Part shown: one piece after another, positions 11,788 to 23,731 of the stretch | Layout of the letters: each line of letters opens with the position of its first letter | Numbering within the stretch: the first letter of the stretch is position 1 | NCBI GenBank assembly: GCA_951406725.2 | Contig: OX597843.1 | Location: 19,282,001-19,346,000 of the forward strand | From: Octopus vulgaris | Taxonomy: Eukaryota | DNA length: 64,000 nt | Direction: 5' to 3' | Position numbers and translations under genes: made by a program | Notes under the pieces: model-generated | What the model was told of the DNA's origin: nothing | Databases searched by the model: none | The model's input: the letters and a program-made list of their open reading frames with translations, nothing else

Positions 11788-12129
11788 ACGAGTGGATTTT
11801 AGTTCAGGCCTACTCTATGGCATCTTCAACAAATATCTTCTCGTACATCTCTCGGCTGATCAAAGATTGTGAGTGGATTGAGGTGTTATAAATAGAAAGA
11901 TGTCCATTTTATATGCCTGTTTACATTTGTAATCTCTGAAAACCTCTCAGCTGTGAGCAATGTCATCAATATTATCCCTGTTAACAGAAATACCATTGGA
12001 ACAAGAGACCCCTTGCTGTAAAAAAAAAAAAACTCTAAATAATGTATTAATCTAATCCATGCTAGGATGCAAAAAAAAAAACAGATAAAAAAATGAATGT
12101 CTTATTTGCATATGTATGCATATATCATA

Positions 12130-13800
12130 TCATCATCATCATCATCATCTAGCGTCCGTTTTCCATGCTAGCATGGGTTGGACGGTTTAACTGGGGTCTG
12201 TGAAGCCGGAAGGCTTTATCAGGCCCAGCCAGATCTGGCAGTGTTTCTACGGCTGGATGCCCTTCCTAACGCCAACCACTCCGCGAGTGTAGTGGGTGCT
12301 TACGTGCCACCTGCACAGGTGCCAGACAGAGCTGGCACAACGGCCACAAACGGACGGTGCTTTACGTTCACCGGCACGGGGGCCAGGCGATGCTGGCAAA
12401 CGGCCACAAACGGATGGTGCTTTTACGTGCCACCGACACAGGGCCAGACAGAGCTGGCAAACGGCCATGAACGGACGGTGCTTTTACGTGTTACCGGCAC
12501 GGGGCCAGCCAAGGCTGGCAACGGACACGAACGGATGGTGCTTTTACGTGCCACCGACACGGGGCCAGTCAGAACTGGCAAACGGCCACGAACGGACGGT
12601 GCTTTTACGTGTTACCGGCACGGGGCCAGCCGAGGCTGGCAACGGACACGAACGGATGGTGCTTTTACGTGCAAACGGCCACAAGCGGACGGTGCTTTTA
12701 CGTGTTACCGGCACGGGGCCAGCCGAGGCTGGCAATGTTGCTTTACGGCCATGACACGGGGCCAGACAGAGCGGACGGTGCGGTGCTTTTACGTGTCACC
12801 AGCACGGGGGCCAGCTGAGGCTGGCAACGAACACGAGCAGATGGTGCTTTTACATGCCACCGACACAGGGGCCAGACAGAGCTGGCAAACGGCCACGAGC
12901 GAATGGTGCTTTTACGTATCACCGACACGGGTGCCAGACGAGGCTGGCAGCGGACACGAACGGATGGGTCACTTAACCCCTGCTTTCTGATATATGATTT
13001 GATTTTGATTGTTCTCACTGGTCTTGCCGGGTCTTCTCACGCACAGCATACTTCCACAGGTCTCGGTCTCTGGTCATTTCCTTGGTGAGACCTAGAGTTC
13101 GAAGGTCGTGCTTCACCACCTCGACCCAGGTTTTCCTGGGTCTACCTCTTCCACAGGTCCCCTCAACTGCCAGGGTGTGGCACATTTTCACACACCTATC
13201 TTCGTCCATTCTCACCACATGACCATACCAGCGCAATCGTCTCTCTTGCACACAACATCTGATGCCTCTTAGGTCCAACTTTTCTCTCAATGTACTTACA
13301 CTCTGTCAAATATGAACACTGACATTACACATCCATCGGAGCATACTAGCTTCATTTCTCGCGAGCTTACACATGTCCTCAGCAGTCACAGCCCAAGTTT
13401 CACTACCATGTAGCATGGCTGTACGTACACATGCATCATACATTCTGCCTTTTACTTTGAGCGAGAGGCCTTTTGTCACCAGCAGGGGTAAGAGCTCTCT
13501 AAACTTTGCCCAGGCTATTCTTACTCTAGCAGTTACACTTTCAGCACACCCGCCCCCGCTACTGACTTGGTCACCTAGGTAACGGAAGCTATCAACAATT
13601 TATAGTTTTTCTCCCTGGAAGTTGGTCTCTGCATACTTTCAGAGTTTATTGCTCCTGAGCATCTGCCACAGATAAAAACTATTTTCCTAGTTAGCCTTCC
13701 TTTGACATTACTACATCTCTTATGTGTCCATAGCTTACACTTGGTGCATCTTATAGAGTTTCTACCTACGCCTTTTCTACAGATCGAGCAGGGCCATCTA
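12130..13800 (-). mobile_element. RTE-type LINE 3' fragment with expanded ~61-bp 3'-UTR repeats
   Basis: Near-identical to 9048-10310; GRWPCSICRKGVGRNSIRCTKCKLWTHKRCS, RLRWYGHV, RGRPRKTW. Confidence 0.85.
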
Positions 13801-14206
13801 CCATATATATTTATCCATGTGTATGCATGCATGCACGCACACACACATACACAAACGCATACACATATACAACAGGAAGGACTGATGATTTAAATTATTA
13901 GGTACGCTGTGTAAGTGGCTTAATTGGCAAGCCCCACTAGGATCAGGGTTTAGAATGTGGCCCGGAAACAGCTGTAAGACATTATTATTTACTTTCACTT
14001 TTGCTTACTTCCGTTCACCTTTATATTAAGTAAAATAATTTAAATGTTCTCATAAGCTTTTCCAGCCTTCTAAATATGCACACATAACCAACTTTGATCC
14101 CTTTACATATTTTAATTCACGATTACATACCCAGCACTACATATTCATTCCCACTACTCTAGTTTTTGAATTTTTGTATGTATGTATATATATATATATA
14201 TATATA

Positions 14207-14673
14207 TATTAGTTGCTTGACTTTAAATCCAGTGTGTATATGTGAAATCACAGCCGTAGCTAGCGCCGGCGACACGTAAAGCACACCTGTGAAGGTGACA
14301 TGTGCAGGCACCCGTACCAGTGATAGGTAGAAGGCACCTTTGCTGGTGACAGGTAAATTCCCCCAGGTAAATTTCACCACGGTATATTCCACTATGATAA
14401 ATTTTATCATAGGTATTGATCCCACACATGGTCAGTTTTTCTAGACCGTGTATCAATACCTATGATAAAATTTACCATGGTGGAATATACTGTGGTGGAA
14501 TTTATCTATGGTGAAATTTACCTGGGGGAATTTACCTGTCGCCAGCAAAGGAGCCTTCTACCTATCACTGGTACGGGTGCGTGCACATGTCACCTTCACA
14601 GGTGCGCTTTATGTGTCACCGGCACTAGCTACGGCTGTGATTTCACATCGGATTTAAAGTCAAGCAACTAATA
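14207..14673. repeat. Long inverted repeat / foldback (~215-bp arms, ~31-nt spacer)
   Basis: TTAGTTGCTTGACTTTAAATCC...GGTATTGAT mirrored by ATCAATACC...GGATTTAAAGTCAAGCAACTAA. Confidence 0.9.
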
Positions 14674-15253
14674 GTTTCATGCCCGCAAAACCAACAACTT
14701 CCATTTCCACTGCTAGTTCAAGTCCACCATCAACAGTTTCAGGAGTAGGGCATTGCCTGTGCAGATGTCAGCAATGATAGGGGTTTTGTCCGGATGGCAA
14801 TGAGACCCAAACTGATAACAACCCACAAGAAACGATGCACATGTTTTAGGTTGGACGAAGACAAACTGAAAGATTCAAGTGTTTCACTGTTGCAAACCTA
14901 TCAGCGCAACATACGATGTGTTTAAGGCATTTTGAAATCTAGAGTCGCCGTTCTCTCGACAGATGTAACCACTGCCAATGTGGTCAATATAGAAACAGAG
15001 AAGTGGTGGAGCAAGAGGAAGGAGAAGAAAGTGAACAATGATGGCAAATCTATTTCATTACTTGACTGGCTTTTTTCTTTTATCGGCCATAGAATGAAGA
15101 AAGGCAAAATTGACCTTACTGGATATTGAACTCACACCACCTGGGCAGATACTGCAAACAAATTTTTGTAAAATGTTTTGTAAAATTGCTTTGCTAATTC
15201 GTTGCTCTTCTTACATTCAACACAAAGCATTTAAGGTAGGATAAATAGATAGT

Positions 15254-15575
15254 GAGGGCGCGTGGCTTAGTGGTTAGGGCATTCGGCTCATGATCGTAAG
15301 GTTGTGAGTTTGATTCCCGGCGACGCGTTGTGTCCTTGAGCAAGACACTTTATTTCACGTTGCTCCAGTCCACTCAGCTGGCAAAAATGAGTTGTACTTG
15401 TATTTCAAAGGGTCAGCCTTGTCACTCTCTGTGTCACGCTGATTATCCCCGAGAACTACGTTAAGGGTACACGTGTCTGTGGAATGCTCAGCCATTTGCA
15501 CGTTAATTTCACGAGCAAGCTGTTCCGTTGATCAGATCAGCTGGGACCCTCGTCGTCGTAACCGGCGGAGTCTTC
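15254..15575 (+). mobile_element. tRNA-derived SINE (family C)
   Basis: GTGGCTTAGTGGTTAG A-box, GAGTTTGATTCCC B-box, GTGTCCTTGAGCAAGACACTT central motif; a related copy lies at ~39543-39760. Confidence 0.75.
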
Positions 15576-16587
15576 TAAATAGATATTGCAAAATCAATGA
15601 TATTCATCTTTCACCTGTGTTGCTGTTTGTTTTCAATCAATATATGATTGCTTGAGAAAAAGCATCGTCAGAGAAACATAACGAGGTCGTACCTTGGCCA
15701 GGTAATAACAATTAAACAATTACTAACAATATACACACAGGTATACCAATTCTCAAGAAGCAAACTTGTTTTACCAGAGTAATCAAATTGATGCTGAATA
15801 ATAAACATAACTATAAACATTGATTTAAAATATTTAATTGTTTTGTTGAAGGCAAAGGTTTATCGTCGACATTACACCAAAGTGTATGCAGAAAACGAAG
15901 TTTATATTTCATAGCAGTAAACTTGATTTACAAATGAGTGACCCACTTGAAATCTCTCCACTATTTTAGTCTGTTTGCCTATAAACGATTCGCCCACATT
16001 TCAGCTATTCACTTCCTTCTCATCGACAAACCTTTACTTTTAAACAAGCATCTCTATTCCGCAACCTGGCAGAGAATTCCACAGAAATATTTCTCTATTT
16101 AACAAATTATAACCTAGATTATTGCTTAAAATACTGTATTTATATGGAATCCATAAAAAATATTTTCAAAATTTAATCAGATGAGCAGGTTATATAACTT
16201 ATCAAAGTCGAAATATTACAACATTAAAATTACTTTCACTCTCTCTCATTTGCTAAATACGTTCTAGCCATGGCCCTCCCATATGTATTATCTAATATGT
16301 TTCGTTTACGCATTTGTTTAGAGACACCATCGTTGGTTTGTTACAAAGTTTATAATAATTCCAGACAATGTTCAATAATTCTCTGATAAATAATATCCGA
16401 GATAGAGAGAAAGCATATTTAGCGCATTCCACATTAAAATGTTGATGTAGGATAAAGGTGTGGTGAGAGAGAATTAGATGTTGTCACTGAATTCTTAAAT
16501 ATTCAAGGACCCTTCTCACTCTCTCTAAGTGTATAAAATAATGAAGATTAGGAAAAGCAACCGGCAATCTTTCGTCTCTAGTAGACC

Positions 16588-17459
16588 TTTCCGTCGATTT
16601 CTGTAAAAAACTTTTTCTTTTTTTACATATGGGCTTGCGGGAACTTTTGAAGTAATGAGAGCGAAAGAGACTAAGAGAAAGCGATTGTATGACGAGGGAA
16701 GTTCTTTTGAAGTTACCGTGCATGGGAAGCATTGATGTACATGTGTGTGCGTGTGTGTGTGTGTGTTTGATGGGGTGTGGGAGACAGACAGTATGTTGTG
16801 TAAGTGAAGTGCTTCTGTTAGTGTGTGTGAAGAGACAGAGAGAGTAATGTGTGAAAGAGAGAGATAACTGAAATTTTTTACTCGGTGTATGTGTATACGT
16901 ATGTGTGTGTGTGTGTATGTATGTATGGCCGATTCAGTGTTTACATTATTTCGAGTTAAAACGAAAGATTACCTTTGCCTGTTTATGTAACGGTCTGCTA
17001 TGTAGAAAATAATGAGGTTGACTCAATGGAATAATGACAGTGATCGAAGATACAGACAAAATTTTTTTTATTTAACCGTTATACATGCCTTGTCGACTGC
17101 TACTGTGCAGCCTTACATACATACATACGGCCATACATACACACACACACATACATATACACATACACCGAGTAAAACATTTCAGTTATCTCTCTCTTTC
17201 ACACATTACTCTCTCTGTCTCTTCACACACACTAACAGAAGCACTTCACTTACACAACATACTGTCTGTCTCCCACACCCCATCAAACACACACACACAC
17301 ATGTACATCAATGCTTCGGTAACTTCTAAAGAAATTCCCTCGTCATAAAATCGCTTCCTCTTAGTCTCTTTCGCTCTCATTACTTCAAATATTCCCGCAA
17401 AGCCATATGTAAAAAAATAAAAGTTTTTTACGGAAATCGACAGAGGAAATCGACGGAAA
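16588..17459. repeat. Long inverted repeat (~340-bp arms, ~195-bp spacer), MITE/foldback-like
   Basis: 16588-16931 is the reverse complement of 17128-17459 with scattered mismatches. Confidence 0.9.
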
Positions 17460-17830
17460 CAATTAATTTTATAGGCTTAAAATAGATTTACAAACTTTAA
17501 ATTTCACTTTAGAAATAGAAATCCACTGCAAACTACCGAAAATAATGTATTATCAGATGAAGATATTCATCTCTTTAAAAAGGTTTTACGTAGTTATGTC
17601 CAAACTATATTTTATATTATATTCTGTAAATATAAACGAAATCTTTTACTTGTGATGTAACGCTGAACCATTTTAACGCTTTCTCGTCGCTAAAATACTG
17701 TCTCAAAAATAAAACAAATTCCAATATAAAAGTGAATTTAGCTTTGAAATAATTCTAATGAAAGTTTTCACAATGGAAATGACTGAGCAAATTGTGTGTT
17801 AATCAAAATAAATATCACAGGAATATTTAC

Positions 17831-17905
17831 CTGAGTTAATAAATAAGGTTTCAATTCCAGTCCGAGGTCTTTCGGCTTCTGGCAAGTTCTGTCTGTTGAA
17901 ACGCC
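17831..17905 (-). other. Candidate non-coding first exon of the second minus-strand gene
   Basis: Strong donor CAG|GTAAAT at 17831/17830 in unique, CpG-retaining sequence; no ORF; start not defined. Confidence 0.25.
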
Positions 17906-18123
17906 CACTTCAATGTATTTGTGTGACAGTAACTGCTAAGTTTATTAGATACCATACAAAGGAGTGGTCGTTATCTGCTTGTGTGTGTGTGTGTACATTC
18001 ATACGTGTATGTGTCTGTGTGTAATGTAAACTTTGCACACTATCTATTGTGTCATTTGGTGAGGTGAACGAATGAAAAACCTTGACACCAATTATTGCAA
18101 GGAGTGTCAAACAGGTATGGCAA

Positions 18124-18355
18124 GGCGGCAAGCTGGCAGAAATGTTAGCACGCCGGGCGAAATGCTTGGTGGTATTTCGTCTGCGTTACGTTGTGAGTTC
18201 AAATTCCGCCGAGGTCGACTTTGCCTTTCATCCTTTCGGGGTCGATAAATTAAGTACCAGTTACGCACTGGGGTCGATGTAATCGACTTAATACCTATGT
18301 CTGTCCTTGTTTGTCCCCTCTGTCTTTAGCCCCTTGTGGGTAATAAAGAAATAGG
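18124..18355 (+). mobile_element. tRNA-derived SINE with Deu/Nin-like domain (family B)
   Basis: GGCGGCAAGCTGGCAGAA head, GAGTTCAAATTCC B-box, GACTTTGCCTTTCATCCTTTCGGGGTCGATAAATTAAGTACC. Confidence 0.8.
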
Positions 18356-18431
18356 TATGTCTATATGTATGTCTATAGCCACCATTATCTTCATCATCGT
18401 CGAAAACGGACGTTTTAACAGAAAGTGTTAA

Positions 18432-18652
18432 CCCTTTTGTTACTAACCCGGCCAAAACCGGCTCTGGCTCTGTGGTAAAATGTCTTGTTTTCATAAGTTT
18501 TGAATTAAAATCTTCCACCAAACCTTAGTCACAATTTACGTTCCTAACACTAGATTAATGATAATTAAGTTATTTTACTAAATTCTTTGTTATATTTAAA
18601 ATAGTTGAAAGAAACACAGAGCATCTCAACAGAAATTATGGTAACGAAAGTG
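18432..18652. mobile_element. piggyBac-like MITE
   Basis: TTAA|CCCTTTTGTTAC...GTAACGAAAGTG|TTAA. Confidence 0.65.
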
Positions 18653-19115
18653 TTAATGGCAGTCAAACACATTGGTTGTTTGCTGTTCACATTAAAAGTG
18701 GAATCTCCAAAGTCGTTTGTAACTTACCAGAAAAGTCATCAATATGAATTGATCGGTTTTTTTGTTAAAGAACCGATTGGTGTGTTTCAAGAAGGAAGAT
18801 AAACTCAGATTGTGCCATACTGGCAGTGCTCCAGCATGACCATAGCATTTGAACAGAAACATGTAGAAGAATACCTTAGATGTTGATGAGAAGGGACAGA
18901 TTTTGGCATCAAAATCCTATCATTTGACTGATGGCCTTCAAGGGAGTGCTCCAGTATGGACGCTGTCCAATGACTTAAAAAATGTTCAGGGTTCAAGATG
19001 TACAAGGCTCTGTAGAGGCCTGCTGACCCCTTTTTTCTGTTTTCTAAGGGTATCTACTCAATTTTCAAAGTTGTTTTCACAACCTTTCTGCATTTGAAAT
19101 TACATTGTCTAGAGA

Positions 19116-19116
<1 letters not shown>

Positions 19117-19172
<56 letters not shown>

Positions 19173-19183
19173 TGTGTGTGTGT

Positions 19184-19268
<85 letters not shown>

Positions 19269-19349
19269 AGTGTGTGTGTGTGTGTGTGAGTGTGTGTGTG
19301 TGTGTGTGTATGTGTGTGTGTGTGTGTGTGTGAGTGTGTGTGTGTGTGT

Positions 19350-19410
<61 letters not shown>

Positions 19411-19489
19411 TGTGTGAGTGTGTGTGTGTGAGTGTGTGTGTGTGTGTGTGTGTGTATGAGTGTGTGTGTGTGAGTGAGTGTGTGTGTGT

Positions 19490-19542
<53 letters not shown>

Positions 19543-19605
19543 TGAGTGTGTGTGTGTATGTGTGTGTGTGTGAGTGTGTGTGTGTGTGTATGTGTGTGTG
19601 TGTGT
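19117..19605. repeat. ~490-bp interrupted (GT)n microsatellite
   Basis: Direct reading. Confidence 0.97.
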
Positions 19606-20094
19606 AAAATGTTCAAATTCTGCTGAAGTCGACTTTGCCTTTCTTCCTTTTGGGGTCGATAAATTAAGTACCAGTTGCATACTGGGGTCGATCTAATCGA
19701 CTGGCCCCCTCCCCAAAACCTTTGGGCCTTGTGCCGAGTGTAGAAAAGAATCCTCCAGCATGGCCATGGTTAACTAACTCTTATAAGCACAAGTCAGCAG
19801 ACAGAATTGTTGGCAGCAGTTCATCCGTATTTTATATTATGAGTCCACATTTAGCCGAGGTCAACTCAGCCTTCCATCCTTTTGGGGTTGATGAAATAGG
19901 GACCAGTTGATCAACTAATCCCTGCTCCCCCAAAATGTCAGGTTTTGGGGCTTCAGCAAAAACAAAAATAGTTTGTTTGTAATAAATTTTTACCTGTCAA
20001 CTATCTCTGAGGCATGAAAATGATTTGAGATAGAGAGAGACAAGGAGAGAGAGAGACAGGAGAAAGGAGGAGAGACTGAGAGAGAGAGACAGAC

Positions 20095-20770
20095 AGACAG
20101 ACTGGGAAAATGGTGGAAGCAGAAAATTATATGAGGGAGCCAGAAGGGATGCAGGGGACAGGTTTACATAGCAAAAGGAAAAGCAGAATGCAAGAGATTT
20201 GCAAATGTTCTACAGTGTGAGGATGAGAGGTTGTAAGGTGTTTCAGGATTGGAAATCAGTGTATCAAAGAGAATAGAGATGTGGTGGGTGGGAAAAGTGT
20301 GCGAATGGATGATGGGATGCTTGCACTTAGAGACTCAGAGAAGAAAGATGTGTGGAGATGCCATAATGGAAAGTTGTTAAATGTGGAGAACGGTTGGGAG
20401 AAGAAGAGTCTTTCAAATATGGAACCAACAGAGGGAGCAACCATCAGAGTTGAGAGTAGTAGAATAGATAAGGCAATTAAGAAAGTGAAAACTGGGAAAG
20501 GTCCTGGACCATTGGGAAAAACTGCTGCTGAGATGATTAAAATATGAGGGGGTGAGAGATACAGCCTAGTCACCTGCATAATTAATCAGGTTATTGAGGA
20601 AGGCATCATCGGCAGAGACTGGTGTAGCAGTGTTATAGTCAGCTGCTACAAGGGTAAAGGTGATGCCTTAGATAGAAACCACTACAGAAGTATCAAACTG
20701 CTGGAGCAGTTGGGATAGAATTGAACTCGATGAGATGCAGTTTGGTTTTGTAGCTGGGAAGAGTGATGCC
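20095..20770 (+). mobile_element. Decayed RTE LINE internal fragment
   Basis: KAIKKVKTGKGPGP..TAAEMIK, then YKGKGDAL..YR.IKLL and QFGF motifs with stops. Confidence 0.7.
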
Positions 20771-21239
20771 TACAAATGAGGGCAGATGCATAACCGTTTT
20801 TGTTATGTGGCTCTTGTGGCCGATATTAGCAAGCTGGGCAAAATACTGCTAAGTGTTTCGCCCATTGGCTACAATCTGAGTTCAAATTCCTCTGAGGTCG
20901 ACTTTGCCTTTCATCCTTTCGGGGTCGATAAAATAAGTACCAGTTGGGTACTGGGGTCAATGTAATTGACTAGTCAACACCCCCATCCCCACCAAATTCC
21001 AGGCCTTGTGCCTATAGTCGAAAGGATTATTATTATTAAGGCAATGAGCTTGGCAGAATTGCTAGAACACCAGACAAAATGCTTAGCAGCACTTTGTCCA
21101 TCTTTGTTTCAAGTTCAAATTCCACTGAGGTTGACTTTACCTTTCATCCTTTCGGGGTCAATGCAATCAACTTACTCCCTTCTCCAAAACTGCTGGCCTT
21201 GTGCCAAAATTTGAAAACATCATCATAAGTCATTGTGTC

Positions 21240-22170
21240 TCCAAAAGACTGGTTAAATTTAGATAGCTTTGAACGTTTTTGTGCAACAGAATCAAGAAAC
21301 CTTGCTTTACTTTGGTAAAAAAAAGGGGACCACCAAATTGTGCTCTGAAGAGTGTTCTAGAAATTTTTGTGTTCCCTAGTATTTATAGAGAGAAATGAAG
21401 AGTTTGCTAAAAAGTTCTAAATATTTCTCTTCTCTTGTGTCCATAGTTTGCACTGGGTACAGCTTATGAAACTTCCACCAGCCCCTTTTTTTTATATATC
21501 AAGTAGGACCATTTCCCTGAAGGGATTAGTCATTTGTCAGCTTTCCTACCTACTAACACTTTGGTCTTAGCTTAATTAACTCAAAGACTCTTTGATTCCA
21601 GACCTTGCACCAAACATAAAATTTTTTGATTATTTTAGAAATTCAGCAATAACAATCACCATAGAGAAGCTCCCATGGGGAACCAGTTTTAAATTCCCCT
21701 GTTATGGCCTGGAGGACTATCATAAACAAAAGGGTGCTCAGAACCAGTCCTTGGTGAACCATCAGTTAAACTCATTACCAATTTTTACCTTACTGCCAGC
21801 ATCTCTTGGACAGTTCTTACCAGCCACTTGTCTACCCATAGCTTCTGCAGTGACAACCAGATAAGGAAGCGAGTAATTTTGTCAAAGGCCCTCTTCATGT
21901 CAACGCCAAGAACAAGAGTTTATTTTTTACTAAACACTTCTGAAGTTGCCTTACTAGGAAATATAACATCAGTATTGCTTCTGTCTGGCTCAAAAACAAG
22001 CTGCGTCTCATCTAGACTAACTCCCTTCCTATTCAGTTGAGCTATGACCCTCTCGTTAACTCCCAGCAATTTAATAACTCTGAACCCATGTGTCTCAGGC
22101 TAGACCACAACCCAGTCTGCCAGATATTCTAAGCATCTTAGCGGTGATTCCTGATAGCCTTCCTTCTCTT
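21240..22170 (-). mobile_element. Highly decayed LINE RT fragment
   Basis: Minus-strand remnants resembling AFDKI and the GVPQGS region; boundaries are approximate. Confidence 0.35.
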
Positions 22171-22177
22171 CATATCC

Positions 22178-22590
22178 TTTACTCTTTTACTCTTTTACTT
22201 GTTTCAGTCATTTGACTGCGGCCATGCTGGAGCACCGCCTTTAGTCGAGCAAATCGACCCCGGGACTTATTCTTTGTAAGCCCAGTACTTATTCTATCGG
22301 TCTCTTTTGCCGAACCGCTAAGTGACGGGGACGTAAACACACCAGCATCGGTTGTCAAGCAATGCTAGGGGGACAAACACACACACACACACACACACAT
22401 ACATATATATATATACATACATATATACGACAGGCTTCTTTCAGTTTCCGTCTACCAAATCCACACACAAGGCATTGGTCGGCCTGGCGCTATAGCAGAA
22501 GACACTTGCCCAAGATGCCACGCAGTGGGACTGAACCCGGAGCCATGTGGTTGGTTAGCAAGCTACTTACCACACAGCCACTCCTGCGCC
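22178..22590 (-). mobile_element. SINE family A, full length
   Basis: Reverse complement of the 7019 element. Confidence 0.85.
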
Positions 22591-23159
22591 TTAATTGCTT
22601 TATCTACTAAGCTACTGTCAATTCGGACAGCTGGTCCCTCAGTTGGGTCCACATTAAGCAGTCTCTCCTTCTCCCATGCATTCTCTATTAAATTTAGCAG
22701 CCTTTCATAGTGGCACTCCCAACCAGTGAACCATCATCCATTTCTCTCCTACATTATGATTTTCTTTGACAGCCTCGCAACCATCAATATACATCCTGCC
22801 TCTGCTCCTCACAGCACAGAACATTGGTAAATTTCTTTGTTTCTCCTTCTCACCAGGCTACCTTCACTTCCAGCGACCTGATATTCTTCCCTACCACCCC
22901 TGCTCTTCCAGTCCTACCACGTTTCTTTGCTCTCCTCATCTACATTCTTCCATCCCTAACATCACTCTCAGTCTGGCTGAAACTTGGCACCAGCCACAAA
23001 TTTCGTCTTTGGCCCTTAATAGGTGATCTCAAAGGAATTTCCAGTCATCCTCATTTAGAACATCTCTAAATTTCTGGTTATTCAAACGACTGTGGCCCTC
23101 ATTTCCAGACTTGTTTGCTTCTTGGTGTCCAAGTCACTAATTACCAACCTATGTTGAGG

Positions 23160-23731
23160 AGTATATGCAAATATATGGGAAACTACCACCTGTGTCATCT
23201 CTTGTGAAAGGTAGGAGAGTCCAGTTTGCTGGACATTGTTGTAGAGCTGAAGACGAGGTAATTTCTACTCTTCTCCTCTGGAAGCCATCTACTCGTGATA
23301 CCAGAGGGTGCACACTCTCCTACCCTGATGAAATCTCCAGGGATACAGGCATCCAGCAACAGGACCTCCGTGATGCTATGATGGACCGTGAAGTCTGGTG
23401 TAACATAGTAAATTCCATTGTCTCGACCACGGTCGCAATACCAGAGGGCACACACTCTCCTACCCTGATGTAATATCCAGGGATACAGGCATCCAGCAAC
23501 AGGACCTCCATGATGCTATGATGGACCGTGAGGTCTGGCGTAACATAGTAAATTCCTTTGTCTCGACCACGGTCGCAATACCAGAGGGCACACACTCTCC
23601 TACTCTGATGTAATATCCAGGGATACAGGCATCCAGCAACAGGACCTCCGTGATGCTATGATGGACCGTGAGGTCTGGCGTAACATAGTAAATTCCATTG
23701 TCTCGACCACGGTCGAACAATGATGATGATG
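23160..23731 (+). mobile_element. LINE 3' end with 140-bp unit triplicated, (GAT)n tail
   Basis: IYGKLPPVSSLVKGRRVQFAGHC..LLLWKP..MMDREVW; units start at 23298, 23438, 23578. Confidence 0.75.

Noticed and set aside
15254-15325. tRNA genes at SINE heads (also 27210-27281, 7019-7090)
   Set aside because: A/B boxes are present, but the cloverleafs are imperfect and run into SINE bodies
15947-16065. Coding (or selenocysteine read-through) exon
   Set aside because: Stops in all three frames; at most a UTR exon, and no SECIS evidence
19054-19680. Long His/Thr-rich ORFs
   Set aside because: Translations of the (CA)n microsatellite
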